This document shows, piece by piece, positions 25,001 to 38,800 of a stretch of DNA of 64,000 nucleotides. A program made the position numbers and the translations under genes. Origin of the DNA: Cenococcum geophilum (lineage: Eukaryota); the NCBI GenBank assembly GCA_050273025.1, contig CP158635.1, positions 10,540,001 through 10,604,000 of the forward strand, read 5' to 3'. The notes under the pieces were generated by a model that was given only the letters and a program-made list of their open reading frames with translations, was not told the DNA's origin and did no database searches. Within the stretch, counting starts at the first letter, position 1. Every line of letters begins with the position of its first letter.

Positions 25001-25843
25001 TATCCCGCAATAGAATTAAAATAGACTTTAAAAAAGTCGCTATAATTATAAACTAGGAAAGTCCTAGTAGTATATAATATATTTAAGGATTTCTAGGATT
25101 CGCAAATATCTATTACTAATTTATTAACCACTTCTTAAAAATTGTTTAGCTATTAGTAAACTTAATAAGGAAGAATATAAGATTTAAATAGACTACTAAA
25201 TGTAAATAAGCTTTTAATAACCTAAAATATTATTTTATAACTGCCCTAATTCTTACCTACTTTAATCTTAACCTTAAATACATTATTAAAACAGACTCGT
25301 CCAATTATATACTAGGAGGGGTATTATCGTAATATAATAAGAACGGCAAACTACGTCTAGTAGCCTTTCTCTCCTAGAAACTCGCCCCTATTAAATTAAA
25401 CTATAAGATATATAATAAGGAACTACTTATAATTATTAAATGCTTTAAATAATAGCGTCTAAAACTTAAAAAATTGCTATTCCTAATACGCGTACTAACG
25501 GACCATAAAAACCTATAGTACTTTATAACTATAAAACAGCTAATATAACGCTAAATCCGTTAGGCTAAATACCTCTTATAATTTAACTTTAAGATTATAT
25601 ACTAACTAGGTAAACTTAATTAGAAGCCTAATATATTAATATAATAATTATAAAACCTGCCTGTAAACGCTTTAGATAAATAGATTATAAATTAATTACG
25701 GATCCTACTGCCCCCTAAATATTTTAAGAAACTATATTCTATATTCCTAAACATAAAGCTTAATAATAAACCAGAAGTTAATAAATAGGAAATAAAAATT
25801 AATAAGTTAATAGAATATAAATATAAGAATAATATATAGATAG

Positions 25844-28800
25844 TAAAAGAACTTTATATTTTATTAAAGATCGGAAAAATTGGAGCTCTTGCTGCACCTG
25901 GCCTAAAAAGACTAAAACAAACCAAAAGAACCCTGAAAAACACCTAGAGAATCCCCCTAAGATGCATGTATCGCAGGGGAGGCACACGTCGAACGACGGT
26001 GGTTTGCACTCGCGCGCGTCCACCAAAACCACGCCTAGCAATGGCCCTCTATAATAAGAATAGGCGAATACTATACCATAAAGCGGAAAGACCTCTATTA
26101 AGAAGGCATCTAATAAAATATAAAGCCTATTAGACGCGTCTAGTATCCGCAGTTGCGGGGAAGCAACCGTTAGCTATAACAAACTAATATAGCTAGTAAA
26201 ATGGCTCCGCCAGTCTAGCGAACCTTAGGCGCCCCTTTAGCAAACCCTTAATTAAATCCTCTAATAGCTAAGCAAAATTAAAAATAAACAAAACCCCTTT
26301 TTACCGGCGAACTATACCTAGGCCGCCGTAGCTATGCGTCTATAGTATAGGGAACCTACCCCCTTAAAGACAATATCCGGGTATATAATTATAATATAAC
26401 TAAATATAAAAAAAGTAAAGGGGCTTAGGGGATAATTAGAAACAGAAGTCCTTATAAAGATTTATAAAGAGGTCTACGACGCTATTATAGTCTGACACCT
26501 TAGGAGCGGAGATATTAGAGTTACCTTAAGGGACTAATAGGTAAAGGAATAAGCCGTTAGGGTAGGGGATAGGCTAGGAGAACGTATTGGCATAAAAGTG
26601 CTCCGTAAAGATTACCTAGTTAAAGTCCTAGCGGTTCCCCTAAGCCTTAGGGTAGAAAAGGGACGCTAGGCGGATAATATAGCAACTATATATAAGATAG
26701 TAAAACAAACGGAACGCCTTATATTAGGACTTAAGATTACCCAAATTTAATAGCTTTAATAGGAAAATATAAACTAAGTATATAATAAGAATAATGAAAG
26801 AATATAAGGGTTGCTAGAGACTTGCTGTCACGGCACCGTTACAGACCCTAGTTAGGGGCTCGCTTGGAGACTTGGCGCCTGTATATAGACGTGTCCTTTC
26901 CTTAACCTTCTCTGCTCCTTAGCTTAGTATCTTCGTAATACAGCATTCTACAAGCTTCGGTTTAGAGGCATTTATACGAGCCGTAACACTTGCTAGGAAA
27001 ACGCCGGTTAAATATATGGCTCCCTTATTATCAGCATATATATACTAGAAATATAAAAACTCCTTATTTAAAAAGGTATTATTATAAATGGCCTTATATA
27101 TGACATAAGGCTCTATAACTATAGACTCCGCCTAGAATAATGCTATCGCTGTGTATAATAGGGGCATACCTAATCCACATGCGCAGTATAGGTATGCTAC
27201 GGCCACTATATAGGCCCCTATAATATAAGATACTGCTTAAATTAAGACTAAATAAAATGCGTAAACTGCCACTAAAGTATATATAAGGCATAGGAGAGAG
27301 AAGACTACATTAAATATAGGAGATGGAAGGTAAGGGCTTAACAGCTACGGGAATAACTATATACTAGGTTATATAAATAGAAATAATAGGCGATAAGCTA
27401 GGGGGGCGCAGGTGCCTTTCTAGCGTTTCCTACCTTTAATACTAGGGGACTAGGCCAGCTATCCTAAGCCTTAACGGGCCAGAAGTGACGCTATGTAATA
27501 TTATTAGACTATATAGGGACATAAAGGTTATAGGGGACATAAGGGAGAGGACGCCCTATAGGAAGACCCTTATGGATAGCTATAGTAAGCTTAAGACCGG
27601 GATAATTAAGAATTAGACTTAACGCGGTAAATATAATACTTATAGCCGACTCTTAAAGGGCATATAGCTAACTAGTAAGAATAGGGGAAGAACCGAAGAT
27701 AATAATAAATTTAGATATAGAAGCGCTAGTAAAAACACAAGATATAGGAATAGAAAGCTCTATATAAAATGAGTAGTAACTAGGGTATAGATATAAGAGA
27801 TAGAAGTTTTAAATATCCTAGAGAAAGTGGAAATAGAAAAAGTAAGGAATAATAGAAAGGCGAAGGACCCTTACTAGAGGTCCGCCACCTATCCATTATA
27901 TAGTATAACTATAGTAATACAAACTACTGTCTTATAAGGCCCTTACTAGACAGTCTAGACCTAGAGAAATATTATATCCTTACTATATAAGAGCCGTACT
28001 TTAATACCTATATATAATTAATATACTACCCCTAAGAATTCTAGCTCCTATACGAACTAAAAGCAGCTATACGCGTATGCTTTATAATCAGTAAGACCAT
28101 TAGCCTGTCCTTATGGTTATAGTAGGCAGTTAATCTAAATATTATAGTTGTAATAATCTAGACATATAGAGGACCGGTATAAATTATTAATATATATAAC
28201 CCTAGGGTTAAAGGGGTCTTATAAATAGAGAATATTATATTAGTAATAAGCTTACTTAAAACCGAAGGTACAGAGTTTATCCTATTAGGAGATATAAACC
28301 TCTACTACCCGTAGTGGGGGGGTATCTACGTCGCTGCTGAATAGTAGGTAAAGTGCCTACTAAAAGCTATAGACACCTAGGGCCTTAAGCTAGCCACCCC
28401 CCTAGAGCAATTATATGGCAATGAGGATCCGCTAGAAGTATAATTGACCTTATATTTATAGATAAAGGCCTATACTAGAGACTTAAAAGGTATAACCCCA
28501 AAAAAAATAGGCACTTACTTTAGACTATATCCCTATCTAGATATAGCTAGATTTAGATATTAAGGCGTAACTAAATAGCAAAAGATACGCAATAAGGATG
28601 TTTAAGGTAGACAGTTTCCTTAATATAGTTAAATAACAACTCTAAGACCTAGAAGAAATCCACCCAATACTAAATAAGCGAGGCTTATTAGCTACCCCTA
28701 AGGAAATTAACCGAAGACTAGAAAGAATCTAGGCAGCGATTAAAAATAGGCTAAAAGAGCACTACCCGGTCTTAAAACCGGGCCCCTATATATAATATAT

Positions 28801-31620
28801 ATGGTCCGCATAATGCGCGGTTCTTATAGCTAGCCAATAATAAGCAAGAAGGAAATACTTAAGTAGCTATAACCCTAAAGATAAGAGACGATATAAAGAT
28901 ATAAGAAACCAGTTAAAGAATACCCTAAAAAAAGAAGTAAGGAATAACTGGAGACGATTTATAAACGAGTACACTTTTAACCTAAGCCTCCCCTATAATA
29001 AGGGCCTATAGGCTATAGCGAAATAGGTAAAGAAAAAGGTAGGGCAACTAGTAGAAGACCTACACCTACTACCCCTATAAAGATTAGGGGAATTATAGGC
29101 CACTAATAATAATAATAAGAAGGCAAAGATCCTTATAAAAAGGTTCTTCCCCTAACCGGCTTTAGTAGACCTTAGTAATATTACGGGTAAAGCACCAGTG
29201 ACTTACCTATGGGTTGACAGCGATATAATAATAGAGGAAATGGCCAGAACTATTAGCCGCCTTTTAAATAATATAGTACTAGGTTTAAATGGGATTCTAA
29301 ATAAGGCCTTAAAGACTTATAGACCACTTATAGCACCCTAGCTTATAGATATAGCTAGAGCATACTTTACTATAGGCTACTACTTATAACTCGGAAGATC
29401 TATAATGACGGTTATTTTATAAAAAGAAGGTAAACCAGATTACTTAATCCCAGGAAGCTACCGCCCTATTACCTTAGAAAACACCCTTAGTAAGATCTTA
29501 GAAAAGGTAATAGCGGACCGCATAGTAGATACGGCTAAGGAATACGCCCTACTACTATAGAGCTAAATAGGGGTAAGAAAGAACCGCTTAACACTATTAG
29601 CACTTACGCTACTCGCTACCACCATTAAATCTACATAGGCGATGCGAAGGGACTTTATAGTATTAATGCTTAGCCTAGATATTAGTGGCGCCTATAATAA
29701 CGTACCCTATAAGCGTCTTCTATACATCTTTAGGGCAAAAGGCTTCTTAAAATAGATTGTATAATTTATCTAAGGGTTTATAGGTTAGAAAGAAATATTA
29801 CTAGTCTTTAGCGGATACTAGAGCCCCCCTATTATAGTTATAACAGGAATACCATAAAGAATACCCCTCTTGCCTATACTCTTCCTTTTCTTTATAAGTA
29901 ATCTGCTTAACTTCTTTAAGAAAGGGGCAACCTAGGGGATAGGCTTTGTTAATAATACAAACCTAATTATATACGGGCTATTAGCCGTAGAGAATTATAG
30001 AATGCTAGAGAAAGCTTATAACACCTATATAGAATAGGTAAGACGATATAGAGTCCAATTCTTACTAGAGAAATACCAGCTAATCTATTTTATAAGAAAA
30101 TGCAACTAATCTGTAGATCTTTAGCATATAATCTATATCTAAGGCTTTAGGGGTTAACCAGTTTAGGGCCTAAGGGTATTAGGAGTATAGGTAAATAGTA
30201 AGCTCTAGTAGAGCGTATATGCAGTATAAGCGGCCTATAAGGGCCAAGCACAGTACATCGCATTATTTAGGATCGTCAATTCTATATAGGGCCTGCTTTT
30301 AGAGGTCACGCCTACTATATATAGCAGTTGTCCAGCTAACTATAACGTATAGGTCTAGTATTTGGGCCATTAGAGAATCTAAGAAAGGCCCCCCTAAGTC
30401 GCTTCTTAAACTACTCTAAAAGGTCCAAACAGCCTACCTTTAGAGTATAATAGGCGGATATAAGCGAACGGCTACAGCACTGCTTAAGAAGGAAGCCAAT
30501 ATCCCCCCCCTATAACTATATATTAAAGCCGCTATAATATAAAGGGCCTAAAATAAACACAACTCTAATATTATAAAGTATATTAAGATACACCTAAATA
30601 AACTATAGAGGGACCCTAGGGCGCCCTATAGGAGAACAAACTAATAACCCTAAAGTAGGGGAAATATATTAGAGAAACAGGTAAAGAAAGTAGAAGAAAA
30701 ATAGTACTGCTTTAGGGCCTAGGCCTATATAGAGGAGGAAGGGAAATGCGTAAGAGGCTAGTAAAGATAATAGTAAGAAAGAGAAAGGAGCTAAAGTAGA
30801 GTATAAAAGAACGCTGGGAAACTATTTACTGTAATGCAATACTAGTTAGACTAACGCTGGAGAGATATATAGGAGTTAAAGGTATAGAGGCTAACTAAGG
30901 TAAGAGAAACCTAAGCCGTAGCATGGTTAACGCTATAGGGGGTAAATACTCTAGGGCTCTAAGAAGGCCTAACGAAGGCAGAAAATATAATAGCGATATT
31001 CTTAAGAATAGGAATAATAGGACTAAAAAACTGGCTCTACTGGGTGGGTGTCCTAGTAGGTAGCCTAAGATGTAAATATGGCTGGCTAAGACAGATACTA
31101 AAATATATAATACTATTATACCCCTTACGCACTAACTAAGAAGTAATACTTTTAGTAGCTAGCATAGAGAACTATAATACACTACTCTTAATATAAAAAG
31201 GCCTTAAGGCGGTTACCTAGTGGCTTATTAGCTAAAATATACTAAACTAGTTCTAGGTTATAAGGGAAATGGTAATAGAGGGTAGGGGGGCGAGTAACGG
31301 GCGCCCCCTAATGACTCTACAGTAGTAGAGTAAAGTTTGCAATACTAGTGCGTCCGTAGGCTTATTACGGCAGCAGTGGTTCCTAAGGAGGTTAAAAAGT
31401 AAGGTAGTAAGAGCACTACAGGTAACTCATAGGCGCCTTATAGGCGCCTCATAGGCGCCTTATAGGCGCCTTATAGGCGAGTCCTAAAAGGCAGGGAGAT
31501 AGATTACGGGGTTTTCTTAAATAGAGTTTTCTCCCCATATATACATAAGGAGTAATCCGCGTGGGCCTAATAGGGATCCAGATCGGACGTTAAGCAATAA
31601 ATTATTATTATTATTATTAT
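25844..31620 (+). mobile_element. Tad1-like LINE F, apparently full length, RIP-degraded
   Basis: TSD TAATATATAGATAG at 25830-25843 and 31621-31634. (ATT)n tail. ORF1 from ATG ~26041. ORF2 with APE (QYNC, IQEP ~27900-28000), RT (YRPITLENTLSKILEK ~29460, LSLDISG ~29668, GFV(DD) ~29942) and a C-terminal Cys/His finger (~31070). TAGGCGCCT repeats in the 3' UTR (31428-31480). Confidence 0.9.
26826..26988. mobile_element. Solo LTR (163 bp) inside ORF1 of LINE F
   Basis: TGTCACGG...CCGTAACA termini, TSD CTTGC on both sides, internal TATATA. Confidence 0.9.
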
Positions 31621-34600
31621 TAATATATAGATAGCAGATATAATAAAAGCGATTTAAATAGAAAAATAATAATATAAAGATATTATACTTGCTAAATACG
31701 AAATTTATAATAATTAATTATACTATTAACAGAAGATAGTAGTTCCGAATTCCAAATCCTTATAATTCCAAATACTTAAATTTATATATAACTCTCCTAT
31801 AGTAGGACATCCTAGCTATATAAAGACGTATAAGATAGTCTAGTAAGTGTATTACTAGCCTATAATATATAACTATATATAAAAATATATCTAAGCATAT
31901 AGATTATATATTTGTGGAAAGACTTCAAGTTCTTATATAAAAAAATAAGGAGTACTTTAATTATTATTAATTCTAATACAAAAATAGCGTAATATTTTAA
32001 TTAACTTTATAGTAGACCTACCTAACAGTAATAGATTTATAAACATTATAGTAGTAGTTAACCGTCTTATAAAAATGCGATATATAATTCCTATAGAATT
32101 AATTAATACTATTAGGAATATAGGCAAGTTGCCGTCACGCGAGGCAAGTTGCCGTCACGTAAGGCAAGCTGCCGTCACGTGTCGCCGCGGCACTAGCGTA
32201 ACGAGGAGCCTTAAGCTCCTTGCCCTTCCTTAAGCAAGGAAAGGTAGAATAATAATCATTATACTACCTATAACTTATAAATACATAATATTACCTTATA
32301 TTACCAACACTAATTAATAGTTAACTTTACTATTATACTATAGAACAGCTAGGTATTTCACTAAAAGGAGATAAGCCACTATACTAGTGCTACTTGTGCT
32401 AGAGGAAGCTATCTTTTAAGGTTAGAACTAGTCCTAAACATTAAATAAAACTCTTTTACGAATCTAAGGATTTAAAAGGCTAGAACTAGTCCTAAGCCTC
32501 TTCTAGATTATAGATTCTTGCGTCTATTATATAGAATAATACGCTTTATAAGTCTTTACGATTTAAGGCTAGAACTAGTCCTAAGCCTAATAATTACAGA
32601 TTCTTATTATAAACGCGTACTAAATAATAATCCCTATACTAATAATACTTCCCTTCCTTTAAAAACATGGCTACTCTAAATAACTAAAAAGACTCCTTAC
32701 TACTAGGGGTAACTACGTACATAAAACTTATTAATAAAAATTGGGACGAATTTACTATTAATATAATAACTTATACCGCAAAATAAATTAACGGCTTTCT
32801 TTTATACTATATTCTATTTTACTAAGATAGCTACTATACCGATTTACAGCTATAGGAATATTTTAAAAAGGATTTTATAGGATGGACCGCTAACACCTAG
32901 GCACTTAGAAATATTAATATTATTTAGGATTTTTAAGACTTCCTCTATAGGAATAGGGTATATATTACTAAAAACGGTAACCCAATTACTAGTAATATTT
33001 AGGCTGTTATTCTTAGTATAGAAGAACTAGTATAGACGGAAGCTAAAATTATACATTAACTATAGAAACCTAAAACTAACCTATATTCTTTAAAAGGCAA
33101 CTTTAATTTGGAATAAAACCTCTAGAACACTACTCTTCTACCTAAAGGTACTCTCCTACCTAAAGGTGCTCTTTCTCTACCTCCTCCGCTACCTTTAACT
33201 CCTCCATTCTAACTAACCGGTAAGCCTCTACTATAAGAAGTCACAAATCTAATAAAGGTATATTTAGATAAAGAGAAGAAGTTTAGAGGAGAATTATACG
33301 ATATACTTAAAGCAAAACTATAGGTCTTTTATAACTGTTATAATAAGGTTAAAATTTAATGCCACTAGTACTATTATACTTTCTCTATTATGTTAAAGGG
33401 ACAGGCGGTAATATTCTATTATAACTATATTATAGGTAAAAACTATAGCTTTAATATAATGCTTTAGCTTACTAGAGCTTACTTTAAAACTAATAAAAAT
33501 TACTAACTTTATATATCCGAATGGCGGGAAACTATATTCTAAAGAGCTATTGCTTCTAACCTAATAAAGACTTATTTAGAGTGCCTTTAACTACTCTTTA
33601 ATAAACTCTAGAAAATCTAATATAGCCTTACTGAGACTTACTAAAATAAGAACAATCTAAGGGACTAGGTTATTTTAGCCTGCTATAGCATTCCTAAGTG
33701 TAATTTAGCGCTATATAAACCTATAGATATATTTAAAGAAGTATATACCAAGCTACGCTCCGCTATAGGTACTATAATATAAATATAAGAATCTTAACAG
33801 TTTTATACTAAAAACCCTACCTAACTAAGTATTTCTAACTAATATAATTATAACTAGACTAACCAAATATATAGTAGCCGTAGTAGGGAATACGGTAAAG
33901 GGTATAATTAACGTTAACTATAAGGTAATCGTGGAGGTCCTTATAGAGGTTCATTTTAAAGTAATTGCTAGAAGAAGTGCTATATTTATAAGAAGCCAAA
34001 TTATTAGTTAACTAGATACTCCCTTAATAAGCGAAAGAAGATATATAATAAGTTTCGTTAAAGTATAAGAAACGTTAAAAATTATAAGGTTACTATAGCC
34101 TACTTTTAAAGCTTCTTAGCTTAATATAAAGGCGTAAAAAATCTTAAGGGAGAGGTTAATGAGGTTAAACAGCTCCTTATAGATATAAAAATTAAGGACT
34201 ATTCTCCTAACTAATACTTTACTAAATATGGTAAGGTAAATAGTATATAAACCGTCGCTATTCTTAATAACTAATCTACGCTCCATTTTATCACGAAATT
34301 AGATATCTTTAATAAGCTAAAGGAGAGTTCCGCGTTTTTCTTTAACAATAGATACTTAACAAACGTTTTTTATAGTATTATACCGGATATAGGAGCCGTA
34401 GGAGTATCTATAGTAGGAGAACCTTAAGTTTAAGCTCTCTAGCAGCTTAATAGCTCTATTTAGATCGACTAATTAACGGTAGGCCAATATACGATTTGTT
34501 TTAGCAAAGGTACTATAATCTCTTTTGGCACAATTAGGGTCTAAACCCCCTTGGGATATATTACTTTCTACATTATTCCTATAAATACTCTATTTTTATT

Positions 34601-35831
34601 CTACATTAGGGATATAGATAAATTAGGCGTTAAGCTTAATAACCTTAAAAATATGCTTATATAGGGAGATAATCGGGTGCCTATTATACGCAAGTAGGGT
34701 TACCCTTAGTTACTCCTTTAATAACTAGAAAAAAGCGTTACTTAAAGCTATTTAACTAAGTTAGAGTTACGCTAACTATACCATTATTTTAGTTACCTAT
34801 TAGTTTACTAATTACTTAGGGTTCTCTAGCGAGTAGGCTATAAGGTTAAAATTAAGACAATTAAACATCTTCTAAAGTACTACTATTACTATTAAATAAA
34901 CCAGAAGTTCTCTGGCTAATTTAAGTTTACCCTTAAAGATAACTATAACTTTAACTTCTATATTATTGTTAACGTTATATATCTTAGCGGCAAGCCAGTA
35001 CTCTAAGTTATTAACTTCTTAACCTTTTTCTAAGCCGTACGTTTCTTAAAGAATATATTAGCTAGGAACGTATAGGATACCCTTTAATTATACTAAATTA
35101 ATGTCTACCTAGAACCCCCTAATTAAATCGTCTATAATATAAAAAAGAACTTCTTATCTATAGAGTTTTAATAATAAATAAAGGCAATAGAAATTAAGGT
35201 TAAGGAAGTCCCTATTAAGGTATATAATAGTATTAGAAAAGTAAAGCAATATTATACGCTATTACACCGCGTATATAAAATTATCTCTTTAGAACTAGAG
35301 GACGCTAGCAAAAAACTTACCTTATAAATAGCTATTAAAGCTATTAACAATTCCACTGGCTTGGATGGACTTATACCTATACTACTAGTCTTTAACGCCT
35401 ACCCTTAAATAACTAATAATTCTCTATTATCTTCCTCCGTTATATAATAAGCTAAGGCTATCCGTAAGGTAATAAAGAAGGTATAATATCTCTACGCTAT
35501 ACGCTAGGTTAATAACGCACTAGGAATAAGAAATAGCCTAAATACCTTAACTATACTTAATCTACCACTCTAGTCTAAGGTACGCGTATAGCGTAAAAAG
35601 GGAGAATAGTTAGGCCTACATTAACTTATTATAATTAATAGTTAAACTTATACTATTTAGATGCCTTACGGACCCACTTAATTCCGTTTAACTGTTATTA
35701 AACCCTATTATAAAGATAATAGTTCTAAGCCTTTATAGGATACCCTAGAAGATACCCTAAAGGAGAACTACGATTAACGCGCTCTAGAAGGCGACTATAA
35801 TTCTAATATAATTGTAGTAGATATCCTATAA

Positions 35832-38800
35832 TGTTACGGCACTGACCTATCTTATACTGTTTCCTACTGTTAGCTAGCCCACTACTAGCGCCTTGGCGGC
35901 TGGCCCTACTATAGATATATAATACCCCTTTCGCCTCTTCTTCTCTTTATACTATAACGTAGTTATTTAGTCTACTTTACTACAGCACCGTGATAGTTTA
36001 TGGTATCTTCTCTTGCGCCCTATCGCGATCTTTATCTTTCTAGTTTACCGCCTCCGTCTATAGTCTCTGTTTTTCCTAGTATAATCGCGACCTAGCGCAA
36101 CTAACAATACTATACTACAGTCTTAGCATAGCCTTAGTATAGCCTCAGTATAGTCCTAAACAGTCTTAATAACCTTAGTATCACAGTTAGCCTTACAAGA
36201 TTTTAATTGCCTTACCCAGATTCCTCGGAATGGGCGACTAAAATATAGATAATACCCCGTTGACGAATACACGCGAAGCACTCGCTTGCCTCTTTGATAT
36301 TACCCATACTAATATTGCCTGAGCGATTAGGAACGGTCCTAAGTACCTTAAGGACCTTAATGTGGTAAAAACCTTCCAGCACTTCTCTATATATATAACC
36401 TTTTTAACTAGCGTTAAGAGCGGTCTCTAAATAGTCTATAATAAAGGTTAAACTACAAAGTCCTAACTTAAAGAAGCTCAGCATAGAATTAACTCCCTTA
36501 CGACGCCTAAACTACGTATACAACAATATAAATAATAAGCTTTTATATATACTAAGACCATATAAAGTCTAAGCTCTTAGATTACTATACTTACTTAAGC
36601 TATTGCCGATAAGAACACAAACCCTATAACTAGCTCCCCTTTTCTAACTAAGCCCTATAGAAAAAAGCGTAAAGTAAAAGATCCAACCCTATTTAACGGT
36701 AAGGGATCACCAATTAAAAAGTAAGAAAAATTTAAAATATAGGAAATAAAGATCTAAGGTATTTTCTAGAGGGATGTAAAGTGCTTTAAGACCCTAATGG
36801 ACGAAGTCCTCTATATGTTAGATATGCTGATAGATAAGGCCTACGACTATATTAAATATGGCCTTAATATGCTACGCATACACCTGAACGATTTAAGTAA
36901 ATGGACCTTTTCTAACCGAGAATCCATGTTTATATATATAAGAAGACACTATAAGACTATAGATATAACCTAAGCGGCTAAAAATAAGTTGGATACTTTA
37001 TATTAAGGCGAGCGTAACTACTAGTCCTAGAAAGCAGAGCTTAATAAGTTAATAATTAAAATAAACAAGACTAAGGAATAAAAGGTAGATTTACTTAAAA
37101 AGAATGTTTCCCCTAAAATAAAGGACCTAGCCTTTACCCTTAGCCGTAAAATTAATAATGCTAACTATAAGGGCTAGAGTAAGCAAATGGATGTGTTTGC
37201 TTATAATCTATAGAACTATGCCTACTATACTAAGCTAAATGCCGCTAAGCTAAATACCGCTGGCGGATATCGACCTATATTACCTAATAATAATACCTTA
37301 GTACTAGTACTATAGAATAACCTAATGGACCTTAACGCTGTTAAATTTGGTGGCGGTAGTAGTAGCCTCCTTAATAACGTCTAAAGATATTGTATAAATA
37401 ATAAACTCTATATAGCATGTGGCTAATCTAGCCACTAGAAAGATACTTACGACCCCTAGATAAACCTAAATCCCCTTTTAATACCACTACGCTAACCCCC
37501 TCCTAGCCGCGGCGGATTCTTTAATAGAGGGGATAGTAATTAAGGCGGTAACTAGGGATAAGGACGTGGGTTCGGATATAGAGACCCGCCCCCGCGATTT
37601 CCCTCCCTACTATAGCCCTAGCTAATAGTCCTATATATAAACTACGGATAAATGCTCTGTACTACTACCAATTATAAGACTGGCTATATTATTAGAGAAG
37701 TACCCCCTAGCATATATACACCGTTAGAGACCGATATATTAGGATATACTAGCTAAGACTATAGCTACTAGCTAAGCCCTATGATTTAGTTATTAAAAGG
37801 CTAACCCTTAGACTAAGTCGCCTTTAAGGGTTAGAACTATACGGGGAGGAGGATAAAAGAATTAGATCTATACTACTAGATTAGTTAAACCTTATTTTAA
37901 GCTAGCTAGTACTTAACCTTAGAATAGTAAATAATAATAGAAATGCTATCCTTATTTAGACTTACCTCTCCTTACCGCATAACTTACTCCTAGAAGTCTT
38001 TATTAAAACATTAAGCCTTATTAATAGTGGTAGTATAACACTAGTGTTTATAGATAAAGACTCGCTTATAAAAAAGCATAATATTATAATAAAAAGACTT
38101 CTAGTTTTAAAACCACTCCGCCTTGCCAACAGACTCCCATCTAGCTTTATTATCTATTACTTTATAGCAAAAATAATAATCGGCCACTATATAGAATCTA
38201 TGCTTTTCTATGTTATAAAGTTATTACCCTTAATACTAGTAATTCTTAGAATGCCCTAGCTTAAAAAGTATAACCTAAGAATAGACTTCCCCGTTTTAGA
38301 GCTTAAGTTTAACTTTAATTACTATGCCTATAACTATCTCCTATAGCATATCCCTAACTGTAACTAAGTAGCACTATATGGACGTATCGCACGGCTAACG
38401 CTTAGATACCGTTAGCTAATAGTAAAAGAGGTACCTAATACTGGCGAGTTAATATATATAGTAAACGAAGCGGAGATTCTAGAAGATTGGACTACCGCCT
38501 TACCCCTAAGAATATAAACACCGCTAGAACTATAAGTCCCCTATATATACCTGCTTAACCTAGGCCAGCTAATAAGATACTTAACCCTAAGTTATTTACT
38601 ATATGTATACGCGACCGCATATATAATAGCTAAAGGTATTATATCTAAGACCGAAACCAGAGCAATTAAGACCTCCCCCTTATAACGCCTAACCTTATAC
38701 CTATCTCCCGCGCGTACCGTATAGGGCTGCCGCCTTATTTCCGCCCTCTTGGGCCGACTAAGCCGCGCTAGCTTAGCCGTAGCACCGGAGAACTAGATAC

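Noticed and set aside
25830..25843. TSDs of E and F both start TAATATAT in element orientation, suggesting target specificity
   Set aside because: RIP drives convergence to TA-rich strings, and the likely pre-RIP target sequences differ.
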